Source of the DNA: Geosiphon pyriformis uo1
Lineage: Eukaryota > Fungi > Glomeromycota
Assembly (NCBI GenBank): GCA_016748015.1
Contig: JAAOMT010000638.1
Span: 1 to 64,000, forward strand
Reading direction: 5' to 3'
DNA: 64,000 bases
Of this stretch, positions 52,071-64,000 are shown piece after piece. The position numbers and the translations under genes were made by a program. Within the stretch, counting starts at the first letter, position 1, and every line of letters begins with the position of its first letter. The notes beneath the pieces were generated by a model, which was given only the letters and a program-made list of their open reading frames with translations, was not told where the DNA came from and made no database searches.

Positions 52071-54949
52071 TATTATTTATTCTTTGAATGAGTGTTTAGA
52101 ACACCCTTGTAAAAATATAATATATATTTATTAAGTTTTGTTTTTCTGGGAAGAATTTATCACCAACAAAAGGAGTAACTCATGTATCAAATAGTATTTT
52201 CGGCTATAATAAATCAACATTGTGTGATACATTCTTTAATTATTTCGTAATCCACAATTTTATTTACGTGCATGTTTCTGTAGGGTCCTACAGGGCTGTA
52301 ACACGTGAAACAGTGAGATACAAAAATTGTAGAATTCATTTTGTAGATTCCAATTTTTTACCTGCTTAAATTCTTACTTAGAACGTTCTAGATTTGTTCA
52401 ATTACAATTTTTCAAAGGTTAAGGGAATTTCTGTGATCTTTCCCATGTTATGCTGAAATCGATTTCACGAACAAATAATCAATCCAATGTTCCCTGCATA
52501 ATGTATTGTAAAAGCATCTTTTCTAACAATTCTTAAGTTGCTTTGTCTTGATTGGTAATCTGTTCCTTAAACTTGATATTTTCAGTTAGAATTTTCTTTA
52601 AATACAATTAGTCATTAAAGCCAAATATTTATATGATGTTCAATTATTGAACTTTTAAAAACAAGAAGAAACCGTCAAAACTGATGGTTTTCAAAAACAC
52701 CTTTTTTTCTTATATAAAATAATTTGAATATCCATATTTATTGCGAAAAAAGGGGTTTTTCGATATTATACAATCAAAATTCAGAAAATCTCTCAAAAAA
52801 GGTTGCTAAGAGTAATTAAATTATAAACCAATTAAATAAACAATTTTAATTATTTTACCCCATTGAAATAAAGCTGATCATATAATATTTTCTTTTCTCA
52901 AAAGTGGATAAAAATAAAAATAAAAATTCTCACTTTTATCAACGTATTTTTTCAAAGCCCAAATATTATTATGGAAGCAATTTCTGTTCTGCAATGTTTC
53001 TTGTTTACTTTGTTTTCATTTCGCCTGATTCTAGGCTCACCCAATGATAAAAATCTGATTTCTTTATCTTGAACATAGATTGCTTGTGAAATAAATCAAA
53101 ATTTTAATATAAAAACCTTTTGTTTACTGTACGTCACTATCTTGCCTCCGATTTCTGAATAATGCAAAATGCTTGAAATCAATTGCTTGTCCTAGCATTT
53201 ATTCTTTTACCCTCTTGGTATCCAAATCAATAATTAATTTTAATGACCATAAATTGAAAACCCAAGAGAAGCAGTACCTATTAACAAAAATTTTTATCTA
53301 AAGACTCAAAACAAATTGTTGAAGATCACTCTTCTATTTTTATTTTATTTTTTGAAACCCTTATTTGGCATATTTCAATTTCATCTTAGAATTCATATAA
53401 ATATTAAGTCCCTTCATTATCTTAGTTTACTTCATACATAAATCGATCTTAAAAAAGATACCATATAGAAAGTGTATAATTCTAACAAAAAATTACTATT
53501 ATTAATTTTCAAATTTACAATTTAAAATTATATTTACAATTATATATATTTTAATGATGAATATGCTGGAAATAAATTATACATGCACAAATAAAAAATG
53601 TCTTTGAATTTTCAAATTTCTTAAAGAGAAAATTTTGTGCGGAAATTCGCTATAGAATTCAAGGATAGAATTGTATCCACAGTCGGTACTTAAATATTGA
53701 TCGGAATTTCGTGAGAGTCATGGGGAATAGAATTGATTGAAAATTATCTAAAAATATGAATAATCAATCAAGATTAACCTTTTAATACAACAAATACTTC
53801 ACCAATTTAACAAGGATCTTGATTTTTTTGTTCAAATATAAAATATTTTAAATTGAAACAGGTTGAACGTACGTTCCAATTCTTTGAGAAAACTCCCTGA
53901 ACATAATTTGGAAGTTTTTATTTTTCCCTCATTAAAATTAATGGACAAGGATTTCTGTCAAAAATTGAAAAGACTCAAGATTTGTAAGGGTTTTTATCAT
54001 GAATCGCAGTACTTTATAACTGTATTAATATTTTTTTATTGTATTTATCTTTTAAACGTCAAAAATAGTTTTCAATGACTGCAAATTGTTTACCTATTGT
54101 CGCAACGTCATGTAAAAAAAATGACATCCGCCTATCATTTGGAATCAAAGTTTAAGTTTTTCGTGTGTAAAGGGGTAATGAAAATTTTTTTAATGGGAAA
54201 CAAATATTAAAATTGTGGTATAATGGGGATGGAAGCTCTTGATTTTCGCAGAAATCCTAGTTTTCAAAACAACACGAGCTCTTTGGTGCACAATGACGAA
54301 CTCATTAATATTTTTGTAATGGTTTGACAATACTAGTTTTTTGTTCTAAGTTTATCTTCTTGCAGCTCATTGAACTATGTGCATTGAAAATTTTCGAGGC
54401 TGAGAAAACTCCTCAATTGCATTACATTGGATTCCAATTTCTCACCCCCTGGCGCATGTCATTATCAAGTACATACTGTACATTTCCCATTATTCAGCTT
54501 TTTATAATCGATTCTCGGGAAAGAGCATAATAATCTCATCATCCTTGATAAATACATCAAACTTGAATCATTCTTAAGACTAAACTTTATTTTTGCACAA
54601 ATACCACTTGATCTTGAGATAATTCTTTTTTGCGATATTACTAGAAAGAATCTTTGTACCATGTTAATCGCTTTAACTGTTTGATTTCGATTTAGAGATA
54701 ATTTTCAGAATATTCACAAGGCACAGATAAAGTGGTAGAAGCAATAACATCTTTTCCATCCTAATTGATTTGTGAAACTGGCATTTTGAATTGAATTAGC
54801 CTTTGATGATCAAAGTAGATCTTAATTGAAATGAGCTTCTTCTCTTTATATTGAACTTTCTTTGCTATAACCTTTCTGATTCCAATATAATTAACCAAAT
54901 TAAAGAAATTATCAAAAAAATTTTGTGAATATGGGTGCATTTACTCAGA

Positions 54950-57900
54950 TTTATTATTATAATTCTCACAAAAAATAAAACAGTTTTGCTTAAAAAATTG
55001 GTTTTGGTTTTAATATTTCTATTTATTATTTTGATGTTTCTTCAACATGTTTAAATGTGATTATTTGTATTCTTGCCATATTTGTTACATTTAGTATTAG
55101 AATAAGTTTATAAATTGCTTTTTTGTTGTTGTAAACAGATGTTCATTTGTTTATTAACTATTTTTAAAAAATAAACCCAGTTTTATTCATTATTTAGCTA
55201 TAATATATCACAATATGATAATCTCTATTAGTTCAAAGTTGAATATTTAAATAAAAAAAAGTTAATTTATCAAATCAATTTAACATATGTATGTGATAAA
55301 TTAACAGTACATATTAATTTAATATAGCCAATTTTTTAACAATAAATTTATATTATATTAATTAACAAAGATATCAAAAAATTAAAAATATATTTATTAT
55401 TAAATAATAATATAATCTTATACATATTTGGAAAAAATTTTTATCATTATTTTTCTAAATAAAAATATACAAATTTTTTACTTTTTATAATTAAACAAAT
55501 TTTTATAATAAAAATTATTAAAATAAAACATTTATAGTTTTTATTGGTATTATAATTAATTATTTTACTGTATAAATTTATTTAAAATAATATATTTTAT
55601 TTATTTATATTTTTTTTACTAATTCAAACAATAATACTAAGTTTTAATCCAGCTATAAACAATAACACTTTTTCCAATTCAAATAACAATTGCTATAAAA
55701 TATTTATTAAATAAATATTTGGTTGTATTGCTTAATATAATTTAAAACCAAACAAATTTTGTTTTAATGCATACTTTTATTAAATCAAATCATAATATTA
55801 TCTGACTTAAAAATATCTTTTTTTCAAAAATAATATTAAATTTGTGAATTTAAAAATTTTAATTGTTATTAAAGCTTTTTTGAATACGTAAGTTCTATTT
55901 TTGTATTTAATACTTTTTTAAAAATAAAATTGTCTTATATTAAGACTGTATTTTAATTAATACATAGTTTTATCAATATTAAAATAATTCTTAAAAATAA
56001 ATTTGGCTTTTTTGTATAAAGTTTAAGTTTCAAAAATCTTTAAATACTGTTATTAAAAATAAGCTAAACATATTTTTCTTAATAAATTTATTAATAACAT
56101 TAAAAATATTCTGGGAATACTTAATAATATTGTTATAATTAAGCTTTAATCTACTAATCTGTAATAATATATTCTTGTTTAATTCAAAAAATCTGTTTTT
56201 TAATTCTTTTCTTAATTATTAATTCGTTTTAAACCGAATTAAGTACTTATCTTTATTTTGTTGCTAAATTATTCAGTTTTATTAATTTGGTTTTATATAT
56301 AAATTTAATAAAAAAACAAAAAAAAACTTAATAATAAAAATTATAATAAAATTTGTTGGTTTTTTGTTAAAAACATAATTTTTTTAAATAATTTTCTTTT
56401 AATAAATCTGAATGCAAATTTTGAAAAGATTTTTTTAAAGTTGTTATGTATGCGTTTTTTATCAAATATATTAACTTAGATTTTAATAAAATCTTTATTT
56501 ATTAAAATATATTAATAATATAGTTAAAAATATTGATGTTTTAATTTAATAAATACTAATGAGTTTTAAATAAATAATTACATATAAAAAGTATAAAATT
56601 TATTTATTACTTTTAATATATATAGTGCAAAAAAACTTTCTTTCTTGTATTTTTATGATTACAATTAGAGCAAAGATAAAAAAGTTGTAATTTTTTTATT
56701 ATCTAAAACAATAAATAATATTTTTACTAGTAAAATACCTATAACTATAGAAGCTGTTTAATAATATTTAAAAAAAATACTTTTTTAAAATAAAATAATA
56801 GCAAATTAATCTTCTATTAATCTAAAAACATCTTTTTTATCTTTGGTTAAGAATTTTTTTTCTTTTAAAGTTTCTTTAAAAAGACTTATCTAAAATAATT
56901 CTAATGTAATCTTTGTTTTTCTCCAAAAGTCCTAAAGTGTTTAATAAAAAACCAGTAACCAAATTGGTTTTTTTATTTCTTTTTTTACTGCTGTTCAGAT
57001 AATTAAAAAGCCAAAGTGACTAAAAAGCAATCTTTTTAAATTTCTGCTATAATAAACAGCAATTTTTCTATTGTACTAAAAAGCTTTTTTTTTTGTGCTA
57101 GTTTTAATGTTTTATAACCAGTTTTTCTTTTATAAAAAACAAAGCTTTGATTTTTTTTGTCTTTTTTAATGTTTTTATTAGTTTTATATTATTTATACTA
57201 ATTATAATATTTAATTTTATTGTATTTATAGATAAAATTTTTTTTTGTTTTAAATAATAACAATAGAAACATATTAATTAATTTTGGTTTAAATTAGGTT
57301 TTGGCTAATATATTAATCTTTTAGACAATTATTGCTGGTTTTAAAAGCAAAACAAAACATAATTTTGCATATATTTTTAAATAATCAGTTTATTGAGTCA
57401 TTCGATCTTAAAAATTAAATTGATTAAATAAAAATTAAATCAATTTTTTTTTCTTTTTTGGTAATGTTGTTTCAAGTAGTATTTAAGAAACAATCACAAT
57501 TTCGAATAAATAGTCTTTATTTTGATGTTTAATGTATTTTTTAAGATTAATTAGCTTATATTAAACCTGATTTTTAATCTTTATATGGTTTTTTTAATAC
57601 AAAATTTTGTGTTTAAAAACAATATAAAACTGTTTTATATAAAGTTTACAGTTAAAATTTTATTAAATACTGTTTTTTTTGTTAAGTTTACTAATTCTGT
57701 TTATTTTTTTATTCTTAAAATTACCAAATCTTTGGTAATTTTTAAATCTGTTCTTTTTTTTGTTATTATTGCTTTGTATAATATGTTTAAAAATATTATT
57801 ATTGTTAATATTAAAAATGTTTTTAGTGTTATTGGTAAGATTTTTTAAATTATATTAAAGCTTATTTATTTTAAGTTTTTTGTTTTAACTGTAATTGTTT

Positions 57901-58800
57901 TTAAATATTAATTAATACAAATAATAACTTTAAAATTTACAAATTGGTTTCTTTAATTGGTAATTACAATTATAATATACTATTGTTATTTTTGGTTTTC
58001 AAAAGAACTTAAATACTGTTGATATTAAAACTAATACTTTGAAAAAGTGTTATATTTAATAAAAAATCTCTAATTGTTAATATTGTTTTAAGTATTATGA
58101 TTCAAATTATTTAGTTATAGATTATAAAGTGTTTTTATCTTTTTTTAAGTTTTTGTTTAAGTCTGTAAATAGTTTAAAAATTTTTAATTTTTAATTTGTT
58201 AGTATCAAGTTATATGTTAAGTTTTTTGCTTTTTAGTCATTTTTGTTAATGTATTTTTGGCTGTTTTTGCTGTTATTGTTATTAATTTTATATTAAATTC
58301 TTTAAAATTTAATTGCATTAATAAAATCTGTTATTAAATTAATTGGCTCTTCGGTTGTTTCAATTACTTTTTTTTAACTATAAATAATCAAAAAATATTT
58401 TTAAAATAAAAGCTAATTTTGTTATAATAATTGGTATTATTTTAGTTTTACTGTAATTCTAACTGGTTTGTTTAAAAACTTTGCTTTTCTTAGAACTAAA
58501 ATAAATTTTAACCAAATAGAGAAGTGTTGTTAAGACATCTTTTTTAAGTATTCAGACTTTTAAATATTTAATATTATTATAATAAACTAATTATTTTAAT
58601 ATTAAAAAAAACTAAAGTTTTTTTAGATAAGTTTATTTTTGATAATTAAAATTTGAACAATTGTATTAATAAATTGGAAAATAGATTAACTTCTGGTTTT
58701 TTTTGGTTTAATATAGTTTGATTTTAACTGGCTTAGATGGCTGGTTACATATAAAAAGCATGTAAGTTATAACTAATTTAAGATCTTAAAATTTTATGTT
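54950..58800 (-). mobile_element. Heavily eroded non-LTR (LINE) retrotransposon relic
   Basis: Block of about 3.8 kb that is extremely AT-rich, strand-skewed and almost free of CpG. Minus strand 55178-55045 reads WVYFLKIVNKQMN...TYSNTKCNKYGKNTNNHI*TC, resembling a LINE ORF2 C-terminal CCHC. Upstream remnants are V*L*KVKN and IYT (RNase H-like) and ILKVINKFY (post-RT-like). Boundaries are approximate. Confidence 0.5.
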
Positions 58801-59026
58801 ATAATTACTAATTAAACTATATTTTATTATAACAATAAAAAAATATCTATGTATATTAATACAGTATACTATAAGAAAGTTATATATATAAAAACAAATA
58901 ATAATAATATTATTATTATGAATATATTTTTTATTTTTTATTTTTATTTATTTATTAATCATAGTTAGTCATATGCATTAGCTATGATATTATTAATTAC
59001 CCACCTTATTTTTAGAAATATTCATT

Positions 59027-59126
59027 GACTTAATCAATAACTTAATCATTAACTTAGCTATCGGCTTGGTTATTAATTTGATCATTAATCAAAATATTAA
59101 TGTGATTACTGACCTGATCATTAATC
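59027..59126 (-). repeat. Decayed 12-bp tandem repeat (about 8 units), formerly encoding (NDQV)-like tetrapeptides
   Basis: Plus-strand units: gacttaatcaat, aacttaatcatt, aacttagctatc, ggcttggttatt, aatttgatcatt, aatcaaaatatt, aatgtgattact, gacctgatcatt. Confidence 0.65.
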
Positions 59127-61400
59127 TTTTTTTAAAAGTATTAAGTGGAACTTTCCAAAGCTGTAGAAACTTATTCACACTTGAATCAAATTTATTTAAA
59201 GCAAAGATCAATACAATGATATTAATTTATTTGTTTTTCTTTTCACTATTTCTTTTCTTGATTTGTATAATTGTTAGTTTTTGTAAAGCATATTGAATAA
59301 ATGTTTACTGAAAAGTACAACTGATATTTAATATTGAATTTTAAGAGCACCGATGTGAGACATAAAATTATACCAGTGTGTTATGTTTTGTTCACAGTAC
59401 GGACTATCTCTCTACTTTCAGATACTTTTGTTACCTTTTGGAAAGAATAGCGACTGAGATATTTTTAAGACTGATCTTACACATTAAATCTTTACTAATT
59501 CAATTCACTCATTAAAGTTGAATAACTCTTTTATCATTTTTATTGCCATATAATACTGTTCTCCTTTGTTATCCATTAGCTTGTTATATCCGACCATAAC
59601 AATATATTGTTAATTAATTATAATACTTCTATTTATTAAAAAACATTTTTATTTTTGATTAAAGTATGACAAATAAGTAATCAAAAAAGGAAAGTATAAA
59701 AATAATATTTTTTTAAAAAAAATTTCAAAAGCAAAATAATAATTGAATTCAATATTTTAATAAATACAATATAAATCTAAACAAAATATTTGAGCTTGAA
59801 AAAAAATAACAATTAAATCATTTATAAATATTAAATGCTAAATTTTCATATGTTGAGTTTATATTAAATACAATTTTGTTAAAATATTTTCAATAAAATA
59901 TATACAAAACTAAGTAATAATGGATTTTAACAAGGATTTATTTTAAAATACATTTATAAAAAAAAGTATTAAATTTACATAAATAGTAGAAAAATTTTTC
60001 AAAATTAGAAAATAAAATAAATAAATTTTAAATTAATAAAAATTTCAACTAAAATTATAAATATAATATGATACGTATAATTTATTAATTTACAAATATA
60101 TTAGTAAAAAAAGTTTTATAAGATTAATTGTTAAATTTATCTAAATTCTTACCTTTTTGATCTCTTGATCCAATTATTACTAAAGAGGTATAAAATATTT
60201 TGTTCAATAGTATTCCAAATTTAAACCATAGTTGATAAACCGCAAATTCTACAACTGTTTTAAAACTGGGAGATAAATATTCGGATTTATTACTAACTCA
60301 ATCTTTATGATCAAAGGAGCAAACAGCATGTTCTTTGATTTTTAAAATATATTAATAGTGCGATAGTGGAAGATAAGAGCCGAAAGAAAATATGATGACC
60401 AATATTTAATTTTATATTAAACAAAAACTCAATCGAGATGCAAACAAAATTTGTTTTGAAATACTTACTAAAATATTTCAAATTAAATGTAAAGCTATTT
60501 TAAAATAAATAAAGTATTATTTACTTAAAAATAAGAATACTTATGATGCGATCATTTAAATCAAATCCTTAAAATGGAATTAGATGATTTTAAGTTTCTT
60601 AGTACATGTATATAAATTTCTAAACATGAAATAAAATAAGCATATTTTGACTTTTTTAATTTGAATTTTTCAGTTTAACATCATTTATTGTTTAGAACAA
60701 AGGCTTATTGCTTATCACTTATCAAGTTTTAGCTGCATGACCCTGATGGTTTAAACAAATATTAACTGTTTAAGGTAAAGCCAAAAAAGGATTTTAAACT
60801 CCCAAATTTTTATGGTCCGTTTGATCTTTTAATAATATAGCGATTCATTTTGTGGAATATCAATAACATAGATCAATTTCTGATCATGATTACTTGTGAG
60901 TATTATACTCCTTCAACCCAATTCACAACGCTTCCAAAGTTCATCAATAGAAGATTTGATATAATGGGGCTGGAAAAAATATTCCCCTTCAAGCAAGATC
61001 TTACTTCAAACTCAATCACTAACTTGTTGAAGTTTCCATTTTTGAACTAGACAATACCTTCATTATCGGGGTAGGTAAAATGTCTCAAGTTTGTCACTCG
61101 ACATTGCAGATTTCAATTTAGGAGGCAAATAATGTAACAGTTAAACAAACATCCATATTGTGACACCAAATTTACATATTTCCTTTGGAGATCAAATCTT
61201 CCGCCTTATAGTATCATAGCTTTCTCTAGCGAATTTTTCCTTGTTTTCCTGAAAGAAAAAAATTATTAAAATCTATTTAAAAGATAATTTGTTATAAAGG
61301 GGTTGAAATTTTTAAAAAGTATGTATGTCAAAGTCTACTAAGTTTCATTTATAATTGTTCTAAAAACGCGACATCGGTTCTTTCAATTATCAAGCGACAA

Positions 61401-62539
61401 ATGGGTTGTTTTAGAATATGTAAAACGTCTAAAAGTTCATCCTTGAACTTGCATAACTGGGAAAACGCGGAAAACAGTGCTTTTCAAATACAAGAAAGAC
61501 TGAGTACTGGTGGTGCTTGTGTTTTAGAAATTGGGTGAATTTGAAAATATGATTTGATTTATTTTGAGTTAAAGAAAAACTAGGAAATAATCTAATCCTC
61601 AAAAAAAAACTTTTTTGTCATCTTTCAACCACTTCACAGATGTTCTGACGGAGCTTGGATGATCAGAATGTCCGAAAAGTTTCAGTCGTCTAAGTTTTTA
61701 GGAGTTGATGATCTTGAAATATTTCTCAAAGAAGAAAGTCAGCCATCGAATGTTAATTTTTTTAAATGTAATGTTTTAGAAAATTTATCTGGGATTCCAT
61801 GGAACGGTGGGTAAAAAGATAAATTTGCAATTTCTAAAAATTGTCAAGTTCAAAATGAAAAATTAATTACAATTATTTTATTCATTATTTCGATTATTTC
61901 CTTTATCGAAATATTTAATTTAAAAGATAACACTTTTGACATAGTCGTTCAACGATTAACTTTATTCACAATAACAGAAGAGCAACTGCTTCGATGCATC
62001 ATGGATTGCATACGAGTCCTGAAGCCGGGTGGATATCTTGTGTTTGTCGAACAATACAATGGGGCTAGAGGACGGCAACGGGAATATGGTGTATTAGCGA
62101 AGACATGTGAGTCAATCTTGATGGTCTTTTTAATTGTCAGTGTATGAAGATTGACATAATTTTTATTTGCTCTTTAAAGCTGCACATTTATCTTCGAAAA
62201 AGATAAAACCATTCATATGCACGTGTACAAATCTACGCCATCTCCGGTTTATCGAATTCAAAGAAAAGAATCAAGATATTCCCCAAAATTTCAGGCTTTC
62301 AACTATCGAGCCATTCTCTAAGAAAAGCACTGAAAAGAAAAAAGAGCAAAAAATGGTACGCACTTATAATTTCGTTTGTTTGTTTGTTTGTTTGATATTC
62401 ATTAAGTTCTAACCAAATATTTGTTTATCATAAATTCCAGTATAAAAAATTTGTGAAGACTCTAAAATGGGCTACCCTCCTATCCAAAAAATCAAAAATT
62501 GAAGATTTGAATTTTTCTATACCTTTTATGGCTGATTAA
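61401..62539 (+). CDS. Divergent LaeA-like SAM methyltransferase paralog (about 251 aa), largely missed by the ORF track
   Basis: Exons 61401-61534, 61640-61806, 61927-62106, 62180-62355 and 62441-62539 are in frame. Motifs VLEIGCSDGAW, FLGVDD, PSNVNFFKCNVLE, DNTFDIVVQR and RVLKPGGYLVFVE. The last two exons are less certain. Confidence 0.82.
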
Positions 62540-64000
62540 AATTAAAATGAAACCAATGAACAATGTCTTTTTGATTGATTTTTCTTGCCTAAAATGAATA
62601 GATTTCAGAAAAATAGATGACAAAACAAAAATAAGTAATTGGCTTCAAACAAGAATTTGAAAATACATGGGAACAAATGAAATATTTTAGTCAACATTAT
62701 CCAAGGTTTGGAGTTTGACTATCGCTTTCATAAAAATAATTGATTTTTAACGTAAACAAATAAAAGCTTTGATTAATCCCAATATAATAGCCATTAAACT
62801 TTAATTCAAATAGATGAAATTTTTTAAACAAAATTGTTAATTTTCTTATCGCCAATTTACTCTTCCAAAAATTTAAAGGTAGTTTATTATGTATATAGCC
62901 TCAGGAGATAGAATTGACTCTAGACTACTTATACACAAAGGGCCTGCAACCTATTTTATTGTGACAATTCTTTTTACTAATTAGGCGAAAAAAGCCAAAG
63001 TGATAATAAGTACCTATATTTAAAGTACTAAAAATTAATGTGTTAAAACCAATTAATTGTTATATATATTTAAGAATCAATTTATATATTGTCTAAAATT
63101 TATTCAAATATATTCAGAGAATTTGTAACATGCTTTAAATAGTTGCCTACTCTTAGCTTGTAATTTTCTATATATTTTATAAAAGTTACAAAACTCTAAA
63201 AATTATTATTATTATTATTATTATTTCATTTATAATTTCCGATTAAAGTTAATACTTAATTCTGAGTTAAAATTTTGAGATTTAAAGATAAATTTATTTC
63301 GAAAATCACAAACTTTAATTGAATATTTCAATTTGGACAATTTAAAACAAAATTCACATCAAAATTTCTTAATCAAAAATAATAATTTTAATTTTGAACA
63401 TTTTAGTCTTAATAAAATTTTTTTCACAAATTCTAATATCATTTTAAATCATAGCAATGTTAAACAACAAATAAATAACTTTTGACAAAATATTAATTTG
63501 ATATTTAAATTTTATTAAGCAATTAAATTAAATTTTTAAATTCAAATAATCTTTTATTTATATAGATTTATTTGAGTAATAGTATTTGTGTAAAATATTA
63601 ATATTTATTAACTTTTAAATTTGTATATGTGTTGACCTTAAATTTTATTTACTTATTAAACTATAAAAATTTTCATTAGTATTTAGGATTTGAACTCTAA
63701 TTTTCTATTTTATATTGAAAGTGGCAACAAGAGAGTGAAAAATCTGTTTAGTATTTTTATTTACATCAGCCTTTAATGGAATTTTACATAACTAAATGTG
63801 GATATGAATTCCCAATAGAAGATCTTTAATGAGATATGAATATAATTAATTTCATTAAGCTTGTTGTTATTTTTAATATGCACTACTAATTAATCTGGTT
63901 TTCAGAAGTGAAATAGCTAAAATATTTATTACTCTCTAAATTTACCACAGCTAAAAGCTTTCAAAAGCATTACTCTTTCAGCCCTCAAAACTTCAAAGGA

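Noticed and set aside
31219-52302. CAGCCCTG (about 31224) and CAGGGCTG (about 52291) as hAT-like TIRs, with hairpin ctgtagg-gt-cctacag
   Set aside because: Only 8 bp, facing outward and 21 kb apart, with no TSD or transposase found.
59027-59126. CRISPR-like array
   Set aside because: Contiguous 12-bp units with no spacers, in a eukaryotic context.
1-64000. Remaining short ORFs in the track; tRNA and rRNA genes
   Set aside because: The short F/I/K/L/N-rich ORFs are AT-composition noise or antisense shadows of real exons. No tRNA or rRNA signatures were recognised.

Overview
Very AT-rich eukaryotic DNA (roughly 20-25% GC by eye) with short GT-AG introns. The gene families seen here (MATA-HMG, BTB/KCTD, F-box, Sel1, LaeA-like methyltransferases, Lipase_3) point to a Glomeromycotina fungus; a Geosiphon/Archaeosporales-like origin is plausible but inferred. 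I reconstructed ten genes by hand: a signal-peptide membrane protein (truncated at the window start), a class-3 lipase homolog, a small 4-Cys secreted protein, a MATA-HMG transcription factor, an acidic protein with a J-domain-like HPD segment, an F-box protein, a BTB protein, a Gly/Asn-repeat protein and two paralogous SAM methyltransferases. Between them lie eroded relics: a Tc1 DDE fragment, a Ginger/KRBA2-like fragment, a LINE and a Sel1 pseudogene. Main observations: (1) the lipase gene is intact and spliceable but lacks its catalytic Ser and His; (2) independent relics repeatedly show CpA->TpA changes resembling RIP; (3) a GN protein with a 12-residue periodic repeat and no signal peptide; (4) two methyltransferases with N-terminal lipidation-type motifs. 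All family calls come from motif recognition by eye; no searches were run.
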